This document shows positions 27,666-37,383 of a stretch of 64,000 bases of DNA, piece after piece; the stretch's first letter is position 1, and every line of letters starts with the position of its first letter. The stretch lies in assembly GCA_038231435.1 (NCBI GenBank), contig JBBRLJ010000008.1, positions 61,091 to 125,090 on the forward strand. The letters are read 5' to 3'. This stretch comes from Planctomycetota bacterium (GTDB lineage Bacteria; Planctomycetota; UBA11346). The notes beneath the pieces were generated by a model that made no database searches, was not told where the DNA came from, and saw nothing but the letters and a program-made list of their open reading frames with translations. The translations under genes and the position numbers were made by a program.

Positions 27666-29273
27666 CTATTTCAGGTTGTAGGCCGGATCGGTGAGCAGCT
27701 GTTTGAGCGCGCGATCGAGATCGGCGTCCTTGTCCATCGGCGTCACCGGATCGATCGGCAGCAGCAGATGCACGGCGAGCTGCACGCCCTCGGTGCCTTG
27801 CTTGCGCGCATCGGGGATCCACTGGCCGCGGTCGGGATGCGGCCCGGCTGCGGGTTTGTCTGATGAAGCCTCGCTCTTGGCGTCGGCCTTCTTGTCATCC
27901 GATTTTTTGTCCTTCGCGGTGTCCTTCGCGGACTTGTCCTTTGGATCCTTCGCTCCGGCGGCAGGAGCCATCGCCTCGCCCGCCATCTCGCCGCCCGCGG
28001 CGGGCGTGTCGGCGTCGGCCTTGCGGTGCTTGCCGTTGGGATTGCCGAGGGATCCGCCGGCGATCGCCGAGAAGATCTCGCGGCGCGCGAGCAGACTGTG
28101 GGTGCTGATCCACGCCGAGCCGCCCTTCCAGCCCCTGACGTTCGGTGGATCGAGGATGTCCTCGCCCAGCGCGCGCCCCATCTCCACCACCTTGGCGTAG
28201 TCATCGACCGGCAGGTCGAGCTGGCGGATGGTACCGACCAGCATCTCGACCGGGGAGCGGATGAGCGTGCCGCGGGCATCGGCATCCCAGAACTTCGGGT
28301 GCAGCAGCACCGCGCGCACCGCCTTCTTCACGTCGTACTTGGATTTGTAGAACACCGCGGCGATCTTGTAGACGTCCTTGGCGTCGATGGTCTCGCTGAC
28401 GAACTCCTGCCACAGCTTCTCGCAGATATGGATGGCGACGCGCTCTTCGCGCTCCATCAGGATCTTCATGATCTGGTCGGCATCGAGCAGGCCCTTGTGC
28501 CCGAGCACGGTCTTCCACTCGGTGTCGTGGAAGCGCTCGCTCAGCGCCGGCCGGCCGGTGGCCTCGTCGATCTTGTACCCAGAGAGCGAACGCGCGGCTT
28601 CCTTGATGTCGGCCTCGGTATAGAAGCCCTCGCCGACGGTGAAGAGCTCCATCACCTCGCGCGCGAAGTTCTCGTTCGGGCGGTAATTGATGTTCGAGTT
28701 GCTGTCGAGATAGATGAACATCGCCGGGTCGTAGGGGATGGCGGTCAATAGCGTGGCGAAGTTCCCGAGCGCCTGCGAACGGAAGAGCTGGTCCTGCTCC
28801 CACATCAGGCGCGGATCATAGACGGTGGTCAGGCTCGAAGTGAAATGGTTGTGCCAGAACAGCACCATGCGTTCGGTGAGCGGCGAGTCGGTGGCCGCCA
28901 TCTCGCGGTACCACCACGCCTTGAGCTCGACACCGCGCTTGCGGTCCCGGCTCTCGCGTTCATTGCTCTTGGTCTGGCGCTCCTGCTCGGACAGGCCCTT
29001 CCAGGATTTCTCCTCGGCCTGGCGCTGGGCGGCGTTGTCGGCCAGGGGCACGTTGCACCACTCGGGCGGTGCGAGTCGGTTGGTGGTGCGGTTCTTGGCG
29101 AGGATCGCGTCCACCGCCTGTTCGCGCGTCAATGGCAGCAGCTCGGCGATCTCGTCGGGAGTCGGGCCGAAGCCGGTGCGAGTCAGCAGATGGCGGGCTT
29201 CGCCCTGATCGAGCGCCTGCAGCGACGACAGGGGAGCGAGAACGGCCAGCGCCAGGGCGATGCGGGTCAGCAT
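27666..29273 (-). CDS. DUF1800 family protein
   Basis: HLL.R.GFG, ERMVLFWHNHF, NENFAREVMELF, PPNVRGW; Lys/Asp-rich low-complexity insert. Confidence 0.9.
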   Translation of the reverse strand: MLTRIALALAVLAPLSSLQALDQGEARHLLTRTGFGPTPDEIAELLPLTREQAVDAILAKNRTTNRLAPPEWCNVPLADNAAQRQAEEKSWKGLSEQERQTKSNERESRDRKRGVELKAWWYREMAATDSPLTERMVLFWHNHFTSSLTTVYDPRLMWEQDQLFRSQALGNFATLLTAIPYDPAMFIYLDSNSNINYRPNENFAREVMELFTVGEGFYTEADIKEAARSLSGYKIDEATGRPALSERFHDTEWKTVLGHKGLLDADQIMKILMEREERVAIHICEKLWQEFVSETIDAKDVYKIAAVFYKSKYDVKKAVRAVLLHPKFWDADARGTLIRSPVEMLVGTIRQLDLPVDDYAKVVEMGRALGEDILDPPNVRGWKGGSAWISTHSLLARREIFSAIAGGSLGNPNGKHRKADADTPAAGGEMAGEAMAPAAGAKDPKDKSAKDTAKDKKSDDKKADAKSEASSDKPAAGPHPDRGQWIPDARKQGTEGVQLAVHLLLPIDPVTPMDKDADLDRALKQLLTDPAYNLK

Positions 29274-29445
29274 GGGCTGCGTGCCTCCAAGCTGGCTTAT
29301 ACCGGCCTGCCCCCGTGCGCGCTGTGGGGGCATCGCCCAATCGGTAGGCGATCGCGTCCCGGCAGCTCACACAGCCGCAAACCGGTCGGCGGCAGCGGTC
29401 TGCGTGACGATGGTGCCGGTGGCCAGGACGGTGATGCCGCCCGGA

Positions 29446-30471
29446 TCACTTGTCGTCGAGGAATTCCTTGAGCGGCGGCGAGATCAGCGCTTCGATTTCG
29501 GGCTGGGCGAGGTTCTCGGGTGTCACCAGCTGCACCGGAGTGTCCACCTGCTTGGGCACGGTCTTGCCGAGCGCCGCGTCCACGCAGTACTTCACGCCGA
29601 GGTAGCCCATCTGGAAGGGATCTTGCACCACCAGGCCCTGGATATCGCCCGCCTTGAGGGCGGCGATCAGCGGCGGCGAGGCATCGAAGCCCACGTGCTT
29701 CACCGTGCCGTTGAGGCCCTGCTCCTTGAGGGCGAGTGCCATGCCGGCGGTCGACGATTCATTCGGGGTGAACACCGCGTCGACCTGACCCTTGAAGCGG
29801 TTGAGCAGATTCTGCGCTGCGGTGAGCGCGGTCTCGCGGGTGGCTCCGGCATGCTGGTCGTCGGAGATCAGCGTGATGTCCGGGAAGGCCTTCAGGGCTT
29901 CGAGGAATCCCGCCTCGCGCGCCTCGGTGCTGGCCGAGCCAACCGCGTAGCGCAGCAGGATCACCCGTCCCTTCCCGCCGAGCAGCTGCGCCAGGCGTTC
30001 GCCGCCCTTGCGCCCCCCGGCGAGGTTGTCGGTCGCGACGAAGCTCGACTGCGCCTTGGATTCGAGCGCCGAGTCGATGATCACCACCGGCACCTTCTGG
30101 GCCGCCGCCATCTCGACCGGCTGGACCAGGGCCTTCGAATCGAGCGGCGCGAGCACGATGCCGGAGACGCCCTGGGTCGCGAAGGTCTGGACCACGTCGA
30201 TCTGCTGCGCGCGGTCGTCCTCCTTGAGCGGGCCTTTCCACAGCACCTTCACCGGTTGGCCTGCGGCGGTGAGCTCGCGGCCGGCCTTGACCGCGCCGGC
30301 ATGGATGGCCTTCCAGAATTCGTGGGTGGTGCCCTTGGGGATGACAGCGATGGTCAGCGGCTTGGCGTCCACCGCCGCTGCGTTCGGCGGGGCCAGCAAT
30401 CCGGCGAGGGCCAGCAGCAGCACGGGCGCGAACAGCCGGCAGGGTATCGGGTGGCTGGCGGTGATCGTCAT
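29446..30471 (-). CDS. Sugar ABC transporter substrate-binding protein (RbsB-like)
   Basis: AVIPKGTTHEFW, VATDN..GG, GFDAS, VQDPFQMGY; GGAGG RBS. Confidence 0.9.
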   Translation of the reverse strand: MTITASHPIPCRLFAPVLLLALAGLLAPPNAAAVDAKPLTIAVIPKGTTHEFWKAIHAGAVKAGRELTAAGQPVKVLWKGPLKEDDRAQQIDVVQTFATQGVSGIVLAPLDSKALVQPVEMAAAQKVPVVIIDSALESKAQSSFVATDNLAGGRKGGERLAQLLGGKGRVILLRYAVGSASTEAREAGFLEALKAFPDITLISDDQHAGATRETALTAAQNLLNRFKGQVDAVFTPNESSTAGMALALKEQGLNGTVKHVGFDASPPLIAALKAGDIQGLVVQDPFQMGYLGVKYCVDAALGKTVPKQVDTPVQLVTPENLAQPEIEALISPPLKEFLDDK

Positions 30472-30589
30472 GGGGCCTCCGGCGGCGCCGGTGGTACCGC
30501 CGCGCGCATCCTCGCGCAAGCGCCCGTGTGGCGTTTTCCGTCATTCCGTGCCCACCGTGGCGTGATAAGAACGGGTTTCGGAGGCTCCC

Positions 30590-31120
30590 ATGTCCATCCG
30601 CATCGCCTTGGTCTGCTGCGCGCTGTTCGCCACGAGTGACGCCTTCTGCGCACAAGGGGGCGGAGGAGGCCGCGCCGGTGGTGGCGGTGGAGGCGGTGGC
30701 GGCGGCGCGGGTGTCGGCGTCGGCGCGGGCAACAACCGCGGCGCGCTCGCCCAGCTCGCGCCGTCGAGTGTGGTCGGCACCGCCTTCGATGTGATGATCG
30801 GCGAAAGCAAGGGCACGAAAAAGAAGACCCGCCTCACCTTCTCGACCAAGAAGCTCAGCAGCGACTGGTTCGCCTCCATCGGAGTCGATTCGATGACCTT
30901 CGAGGAGAAGAAGGGCAAGACCGCCGACGCGCCGGTCACCATCACGGCGTTGGCCACCGATGCCAAGGGCGGCAAGGTCGAGCTCGACGGCCAGGCTGTC
31001 GGCGATGGCATCAAGGGCACCGTCACCATCACCGCCAAGGATGGCAAGAAGCAGGAGCTGGTGTTCGACGGTGGCAAGCCGGGCTCGGACGAAGCCAAGA
31101 AGGCGATCGGACCGCAGTAG
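30590..31120 (+). CDS. Secreted hypothetical protein with Gly-rich N-terminus
   Basis: GGAGG RBS, signal peptide, poly-Gly, beta-rich domain, strong codon bias. Confidence 0.75.
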   Translation: MSIRIALVCCALFATSDAFCAQGGGGGRAGGGGGGGGGGAGVGVGAGNNRGALAQLAPSSVVGTAFDVMIGESKGTKKKTRLTFSTKKLSSDWFASIGVDSMTFEEKKGKTADAPVTITALATDAKGGKVELDGQAVGDGIKGTVTITAKDGKKQELVFDGGKPGSDEAKKAIGPQ

Positions 31121-31277
31121 ACGGCCGCTCCGTCGGACCGGTGGCCCTACGGCCAAGAGTCTGTGCCGCTCGGACTCGACGTGCGCGTCATACGGATCTG
31201 TGGACATCCGCCTTCATTCGGACAAATACCGACGAAAGCCGGTGGAAATACGATTGAATGACCCCCTGGAGGTCTCG

Positions 31278-32999
31278 ATGGACCAGCGTGCCGCCGTGCT
31301 GCGATGCATCAGATTCACGGCCATTGGGCTGTTCACCGTTCTCGCGCTCGCCGGACAGGCGAGCGCGGCCAACACCCCGGCGAGCTTCCTGACCGCGCGC
31401 TTCAAGAGCCACTTCGATTTCGGCGTCGAGGCCCCGATCGCGTGGATGCAGGACACCCGCGCCAACAACGGCTGCAATTGGGACGCGCGCGTCCAATACC
31501 TGTCCGGCGGCGTGCATTATTCGGGCAGCGTGCTGCAGGATCCGTGGTTCTTCAATCCGGCCTGGAACAACGGCGGGCACTACATCACCGGCTACATCGA
31601 CGAATGCCGCACCGTGAACTGCGCCGCCTGGTTCACCTGGTACTTCCTCGCCCAGTCGGACCCCGCGAACTATTCGCCTGGGCCTGCCCAGGCGACGCCG
31701 GTGAACGCCGCGAACGCCCAGACCATGAACGGCTACTTCACGCTGGTGAAGAAGGTGTTCCAGGAATGCGGCAGCGCGGGGAATCTCGATTGGCCGGTGG
31801 TCTTCCATGTCGAGCCCGACGAGTGGAACCACCTGCTCTTGACCACGCGCGTCGGCAACGCCTTCAATCCGGCAAACGTCGTGATCAAGGTCGGCTCGAG
31901 CGGCATGGCCGACGTCGCGAGCTATCCCGACAACCTCGTCGGCTACGCCGACGCGCTCAAGCACCTGCGCGACCTGTATGCGCCGCAGAACGTGCTCCTG
32001 GTCTGCAATCCCTCGGCGTGGGATCCGGACAACACCATGTCCGGCACGCAGATGGGCGGCTACATGAGCACCTGCTGCGGCGGCTGGGAGGCGGCGGTGC
32101 TCGAGACCGGCGACCGCGACAAGGGCCTGGGCGGGCAGCTGCCGCCATACACCGATCAGTCCGGCGTCCTCGGCACCTTCGATAGGCACATCCAGTGGAT
32201 CGCCGACTTCAAGGCGGCCTCGAATCTGCCGGTGTTCGTCTGGCAGGCCGCCGAAGGGAACACCTACTTCAAGACCTGCAACAACAGCGACGGGCATTAC
32301 ACCGACGACCTCATCCAGACGCTGCTCGAGGGCTATCCGAACAACAACACCATCCTGCGTTACGCGCGCGCCGGATGCCTCGGTTGGATGTTCAACGCCG
32401 GGCAGGGCGGTTCGACCCACTTCTACGATTCCAAGGGCGATGGCGTCACCAACCCGGCGACCGCGCCCGGCACGCTCGGCTACGCCTCGACCTACGCCGA
32501 CGATGACGGTGGTTACGCGCGGCTGCGCGTCGGGAGCTACTTCACCACGCCGTACGCGCTCGGTTCGACGCCACCAGCGCCGGTGGTGGTGGACACCATC
32601 TCGCTGCTCGCGGCGAACGACGCTAGCGCGAGCTTCCGCGTCAAGCTCGGCGCCGCTCCCGCGGGCGCGACCAGCGTGGCGGTGACCCGGCTGTCGGGCG
32701 ACGCGGACATCGCCGTATCCACCGCAACGGTGGCGTTCACCACCTCGAACTGGAACGCCTACCAGACCGTCACGCTCGCCATCGGCCCCAACGCCGATAC
32801 CACGTTCGGATCCGCCATCATCCGCTGCGCCGCCACGGGATATTCCAGTGCGTATGTCACCGCCACCGAGCCGCTCGACGGCGGCTTCGCTGCGGTGCCG
32901 GCGACGCACAAGGCTTGTGGATTCGGTTCGGCGTTCGGCGCGGTGCTCCTGCCGCTTCCGCTGTTGCTGCTCAGGCGCTCGCGCCCCAAGCGCGGGTAG
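31278..32999 (+). CDS. Secreted putative glycoside hydrolase-like protein with Ig/Calx-beta-like domain and Cys C-terminal anchor
   Basis: GGAGG RBS; signal peptide; QYLSGG, FTWY, HVEPD, DDDGG; FTTSNWNAYQTVTL; tail ACGFGSAFGAVLLPLPLLLLRRSR. Confidence 0.65.
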   Translation: MDQRAAVLRCIRFTAIGLFTVLALAGQASAANTPASFLTARFKSHFDFGVEAPIAWMQDTRANNGCNWDARVQYLSGGVHYSGSVLQDPWFFNPAWNNGGHYITGYIDECRTVNCAAWFTWYFLAQSDPANYSPGPAQATPVNAANAQTMNGYFTLVKKVFQECGSAGNLDWPVVFHVEPDEWNHLLLTTRVGNAFNPANVVIKVGSSGMADVASYPDNLVGYADALKHLRDLYAPQNVLLVCNPSAWDPDNTMSGTQMGGYMSTCCGGWEAAVLETGDRDKGLGGQLPPYTDQSGVLGTFDRHIQWIADFKAASNLPVFVWQAAEGNTYFKTCNNSDGHYTDDLIQTLLEGYPNNNTILRYARAGCLGWMFNAGQGGSTHFYDSKGDGVTNPATAPGTLGYASTYADDDGGYARLRVGSYFTTPYALGSTPPAPVVVDTISLLAANDASASFRVKLGAAPAGATSVAVTRLSGDADIAVSTATVAFTTSNWNAYQTVTLAIGPNADTTFGSAIIRCAATGYSSAYVTATEPLDGGFAAVPATHKACGFGSAFGAVLLPLPLLLLRRSRPKRG

Positions 33000-33002
33000 C
33001 CG

Positions 33003-35192
33003 TCAGGGCAGCGCTTCGGCTCCCGTGCTCGATGGCACGCCCAGCGCCGACAACCGGTTCCGAGCGTGCGCGCAGTGCAGCTCGCCCAGGGTGCGCACCT
33101 CCGGAGCAGGGCCCTCGCCGCCGATCCTGTCCCACGCCGCCGCGCGGCTGTCGCCATCGAGCGTCGCCCACGGGCGTTCGATGGCGATGACGCGACGCAG
33201 CGCCGCGGGCGCTGTCGCGCCGGTGAGATGCAGCACCACCAGATGGCGCGAGGTCGGCACGCGCAGCAGGCTCGGGAGCCAGTCCTCGAGATCGTCCGCG
33301 TCCCCGTGCAGCAGGCACGCGGCCATCTCGCCGAGATCGCGCAGCCATGCCGACGGCACGCGCGGCCGCGAGCTGGGGTCGTCGCGCGACGGCGGCTGCG
33401 CGTGCATGAGCGCCAGCGGCAGGCGCAGGGCGTGCGCCAAGCCCTCGGCGGCCTCGCGCGCCAATTGGCGCTCGGGCCCGGTGATCAGCAGCAGCACACC
33501 GAGCCCGGGGCGCTCCTGGGTAGCGTTTTGCGCGCGCACCTCATCGAGGGCGGAGGCGAGCGCGGAGATCTCCGCGGCGCGCGTCGGCCCGTGCAGACCA
33601 GCGCCGAGCGGCGTTAGGCGCTCGGCCCAGGCGCAGCCGGTGTGGATGCGGTCATCGAGCAGCTTCACCTGGCGCAACGCCGCCGAGGACAGGTCGTCGG
33701 CGGTGATCGCGCCGTGGCCGCCGCGGCGCAGGCCGGCGGAGAGCGCCGCCATCTGCACGACGTTGCGCAGGTAGCCGCCCGAGAAGCGGAAGGTTTCGGC
33801 GAGGCGTGCGAGGGCCGCGCCTCGAGCCAGGCCCGGATCGACGGCGTGACCCTGGCGGATGAGTTCGAGCCGGAGGATCTCGGCGCGCTGGCGCGCGCCG
33901 GGCATGCCGATGCACAACTTGATCTGCAGGCGGCGGTCGAGGGCCGGGTCGAGGCGGTACGGCTGGTTCGACGCGAGCAAAACCACCGCCGGGTGGCATT
34001 CCATGCCGGTGAGCAGCACGCGGCTGGCATCGTTGCCTTGCAGGAGCAGGTCGTCGGCCTCGTCGATGAACAGCACCGCATCTTGCGTCGCGGTCTGGCG
34101 CAACAGGCCGGCGAGCACGCGCACCAGGTCCTCGCGCCGGCGCAGCCGCGAGGCGTCCACCGACAGCAGCGCGCGCTTGCCGCTGCCGGCGATGGCCTGG
34201 GCGAGCAGCGTCTTGCCGGTGCCGCTCGGCCCATGGAGCAGGATGCCGAGCGCCTGGCTCTGGCGCTGGCGGCGCGCGGCGTCGAGATCGATGCGGCGCA
34301 CGCTCTCCATGAGCTCCGGCTCAAGCACCACATCGTCGAGCGTGGTGGTGGGGCGCGAGACCTGCACGCCTTCGCGCGCGCCGAGCGCTTCGAAGGGCAC
34401 GCCCAGGCATTCGTGGAGGAAGCTTCGCGACGGCACCAGATCGCGGCGCCGCACCTCGACCGAGCGTTCGCCGCCCTCGGGCAGCTCGCATACGCCATGG
34501 CGGTAGAGCGGGCTGTCGAGCGCATCGAAGGCCAGCAGCAGATCGTGCGCGGCGACCGGATCGGCGCACAGCAGGGTCAGCATCTGGCCGATCTCGAGCC
34601 AGGAATAGAACTCGACGCCGGCGCGCGCGATCGCCTTGTCGAGGTAGCCGCCGAGGTGGTGGCACAGCAGCAGGCCCGCCGCGCGCGCCTCGAACGGCGG
34701 CAGCAGCGACTCATAGCGCGCCAGTTCGTGGCAGGGGTGCCCGGGCGGGGTCGCCGCGGTGCGCTCGTGGCGGACCTTGGCAGTGGCCGCGGCGAGCTGC
34801 GCCCACTGGTCGAGCGGCAGCTCGGCGCGCGCGGCCAGGATCGCCACCGATAGCTGCGCTCCTCGCATGGTGAATGCCTTCCCGAGCGCGAGATCGCGCA
34901 GGGTCTCGGCATCGAGCACGTAGGCTTCCGCGTCCTTGCTCGGCGCCTCGCCATGGAGGAGCGCGCGCTCGCAGCGTGCGAGGCCGAGCGCGGCCTGCTG
35001 CTCGCGCGCCAGATCGAGGAGGTAGTCCACGACATGGGCGTAGGGCTTGAACGCCGAGCGCGCGAGCGGCAATGGCATCGGCATCGGTGATGCCGATGCC
35101 GATGCCGGAGCCGATGCGAACGACACGGGCATCGCCTGGATCGACGTCGGAGCGGCGGGCGGGGTTGGTTTGAGCGCGGTGCGGGGAGTCAT
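33003..35192 (-). CDS. AAA ATPase (classical clade) with degenerate second AAA module
   Basis: GPSGTGKT, LFIDEAD, ASN, LDPALDRR, FSGG.LRN; C-terminal LLITGPERQLA. Confidence 0.85.
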   Translation of the reverse strand: MTPRTALKPTPPAAPTSIQAMPVSFASAPASASASPMPMPLPLARSAFKPYAHVVDYLLDLAREQQAALGLARCERALLHGEAPSKDAEAYVLDAETLRDLALGKAFTMRGAQLSVAILAARAELPLDQWAQLAAATAKVRHERTAATPPGHPCHELARYESLLPPFEARAAGLLLCHHLGGYLDKAIARAGVEFYSWLEIGQMLTLLCADPVAAHDLLLAFDALDSPLYRHGVCELPEGGERSVEVRRRDLVPSRSFLHECLGVPFEALGAREGVQVSRPTTTLDDVVLEPELMESVRRIDLDAARRQRQSQALGILLHGPSGTGKTLLAQAIAGSGKRALLSVDASRLRRREDLVRVLAGLLRQTATQDAVLFIDEADDLLLQGNDASRVLLTGMECHPAVVLLASNQPYRLDPALDRRLQIKLCIGMPGARQRAEILRLELIRQGHAVDPGLARGAALARLAETFRFSGGYLRNVVQMAALSAGLRRGGHGAITADDLSSAALRQVKLLDDRIHTGCAWAERLTPLGAGLHGPTRAAEISALASALDEVRAQNATQERPGLGVLLLITGPERQLAREAAEGLAHALRLPLALMHAQPPSRDDPSSRPRVPSAWLRDLGEMAACLLHGDADDLEDWLPSLLRVPTSRHLVVLHLTGATAPAALRRVIAIERPWATLDGDSRAAAWDRIGGEGPAPEVRTLGELHCAHARNRLSALGVPSSTGAEALP

Positions 35193-35206
35193 GGCGTCAC
35201 AGTGGT

Positions 35207-35410
35207 TCAGGAGGTGATGGACAGGCGCGGCGGCGCGGGCCCTGCCGCTGGAGCGGCCGAGAAGATCAATGCGAATGCCCTGACCTCGCCCAGCAGACGC
35301 AGGGCGGAGAGGTCGGTGAGGACGCGCAGCCGATCGTTCGGGCGCGACAGGGCCGCGGGCCTTGCGATGCGATAGGCGCGTGGAGTGGAGAGGTTGGAGA
35401 GGGCGATCAT
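35207..35410 (-). CDS. 67-aa hypothetical protein between ClpP-like and AAA genes
   Basis: ATGA overlap with the ClpP-like stop; fills the gap; no recognisable family. Confidence 0.45.
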   Translation of the reverse strand: MIALSNLSTPRAYRIARPAALSRPNDRLRVLTDLSALRLLGEVRAFALIFSAAPAAGPAPPRLSITS

Positions 35411-36006
35411 GAGAGGGCTTTCGAGAGGCTTCTTGCTGGAGAGGAGAGATGAGTTGGGAGGGGAAGGGATGGGCTCGGCGACCAGACATGGTCGCCGAGG
35501 CCGAAGGCGATGGCCTGCGCTGGCGTCAGCCAGCGGTCGTTCGGGCGCAGCAGCTCCGCTTCGATGGCTTCGTCGTCGCAAAGAAGGCTGTGGCGCCGGT
35601 AGTGGTCGAGGATGCGCCGGTGCGCGAGGTCCTCCTGCACCCGGCCCGCGACCAGATCGGCGTGGGTGCCGCCGGTGATGGTCGCGAAGCGGTGAGACAG
35701 CACGCTGCAGTGGGGCAGCAGGGTGCGGTGCCCTGCGGCGCCGGCCATGAACAGCAGCAGGCCCATGCTCGCCACCAGCCCGAGGGCAGTAGTGTGGATG
35801 GGGATGCGGCTCCAGGCCATGATGTCGATCAGGGCGAAACCCTGGTCGACATCGCCGCCCGGGCTGTCGAGGTACAGACGCAGGCGATCACGATCCCCAC
35901 GCAGGTTGTGGATGAGGATCTGTTCGATCACCGGCTGCACCGAAGCCGTCGAAATGGGGCCGAAGAGGCGGATGACGCCTTCGTCGTCGAGTGGGGAACG
36001 TGTCAT
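35407..36006 (-). CDS. ClpP-like serine protease
   Basis: LYLDSPGG, VASMG (Ser), LSHRF (His), NDRWL (Asp), A..FGL.D. Confidence 0.88.
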   Translation of the reverse strand: MTRSPLDDEGVIRLFGPISTASVQPVIEQILIHNLRGDRDRLRLYLDSPGGDVDQGFALIDIMAWSRIPIHTTALGLVASMGLLLFMAGAAGHRTLLPHCSVLSHRFATITGGTHADLVAGRVQEDLAHRRILDHYRRHSLLCDDEAIEAELLRPNDRWLTPAQAIAFGLGDHVWSPSPSLPLPTHLSSPARSLSKALS

Positions 36007-36181
36007 GGCATGCTCTGAGAGAGGGGGTCCTGAAAGGGGGAGTGACGGGGGCTGGCCCATGCGGCGGAGCCGCATGGCGACGGAAGACGATGGAGTCGGA
36101 TGGAGCCGGAAGATTGCGCGAGGTCCGGGTCGCTCGGAGAGCGATCGGAAAAGAGTCGCGCAGAGCCGGTGGGAGCTGGTT

Positions 36182-36321
36182 TAGCCGCGTCGATCGCGGC
36201 GCACGCCGGCCGCCATATTCCGATCGGAATTCCGATCGGAATGGCAGGCGGACATGCGACACCGGCCGTTCGCACGGCCAGCGACGAGGCGGGCATCAGC
36301 GTAGGTCGGTGGGGTAATCAT
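36182..36321 (-). other. Putative leaderless uORF (about 46 aa) in a structured leader
   Basis: ATG 7 nt downstream of the -10 element; MITPPTYADARLVAGR...RRDRRG. Confidence 0.4.
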
Positions 36322-36328
36322 GGAGGAA

Positions 36329-36356
36329 GATGTAGCGGCGCGGACATCCGAGTCAA
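36329..36356 (-). promoter_or_regulatory. sigma70-type promoter for the clpP-like operon
   Basis: TTGACT-N16-TACATC on the minus strand. Confidence 0.6.
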
Positions 36357-36436
36357 GCGCGACGTGGTGAAAACCCCTGGAAAAACCGCTCAAGTCGTGA
36401 TGCGGCAGCGATGTCGGAGCAGATTCGGAGACTGCG

Positions 36437-37315
36437 TCAACGCGTCGTCCGCCATTCGCCAGAACCGAGCCGACGCGCGCAGGTCGAGCCCGGAACGAGC
36501 GTGAAGGGCAATGCGCGCGACTTCGCGCGGCTGAACGGCGATTCGTGTTGGGCGAGCAGCATGCGCGTCGCGGCCGAGCCGAGCTCTCTCCAATCGAACG
36601 CCACCGAGGTGGCCGCCGCGTTGCGTCCGGACGCATCGTCGGCGTCGCGGAAGTACGCGAGCGAGATCACGCGCGGCACTTCCAGTCCGCAGGCGCGCAC
36701 GTCGGCGTCGAGGTCGCCGTGCGTGTTGCTGATGACCGCGGTCGGCCGGTCGAGCTGGGCGAAGCGGCGTCGCCGCGCCGCCGAGCGCACGGCCTCGTCG
36801 CTGGAGAATTCGCAACCAGGCAACAGGTCCGGTGGCAGGCGCGCGTCGCGCATCGCCTGCAGGTAGCCGGCGCAGCGGTCCACCATGCCGTGGTGGCGAT
36901 TCGGCTCGGAATTCTCGGCGATCCATCCGTCGTAGGCGATGTGCCGATGTCCGAGCTCGATCAGGTGCTCGGTGAGCATCCGGCCGGCACCCACATCGTC
37001 GGGCCGCACCGCATTCCATTCGCGGTTCGAGTCGATCCACACGCGCGGGATGCTGAGGTTGGCGATGAGTTCATCGAGAGGCTTGGGGATCCTCGGCTGG
37101 AGGTTCAGGAAGATGCCGTCGGCGAGATGCTCCTTCAGCGCGGCGAGCAGCCTCTGCGGGTGGGCCAGCCACTCGCGCTCGACATGCAGGCGCTCGAGAC
37201 GCAGTCTGTTCGCGGCGAGCGAATGTTCGATGCCTTCGACCAGCGGACGCGGCAGGTGGTTGGCCTGGCCATCGCTGGTTAGCAGCACCATGCACTTCGC
37301 CGGGGTCTGGACCAT
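36437..37315 (-). CDS. LacI-family effector-binding domain protein lacking an HTH
   Basis: VRPDDVGAGRMLTEHLIELGHRHIAY, R..GY..AM, PTAVI, G..VP..ISL. Confidence 0.75.
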   Translation of the reverse strand: MVQTPAKCMVLLTSDGQANHLPRPLVEGIEHSLAANRLRLERLHVEREWLAHPQRLLAALKEHLADGIFLNLQPRIPKPLDELIANLSIPRVWIDSNREWNAVRPDDVGAGRMLTEHLIELGHRHIAYDGWIAENSEPNRHHGMVDRCAGYLQAMRDARLPPDLLPGCEFSSDEAVRSAARRRRFAQLDRPTAVISNTHGDLDADVRACGLEVPRVISLAYFRDADDASGRNAAATSVAFDWRELGSAATRMLLAQHESPFSRAKSRALPFTLVPGSTCARRLGSGEWRTTR

Positions 37316-37383
37316 GCGCGAGAAGATACCTCTTGCTGGCGGCGGGAGCAAATGACTCCGGAGTCGGCCTCAGCGGAGGAGGG

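Noticed and set aside
26417..29273. DUF1800-DUF1501 pair as a novel system
   Set aside because: Widespread known pairing, though uncharacterised
31188..32909. 573-aa antisense ORF (also 7916-9541, 29260-30639, 57992-59269 and similar)
   Set aside because: Stop-free antisense frames are expected in high-GC coding DNA; no motifs
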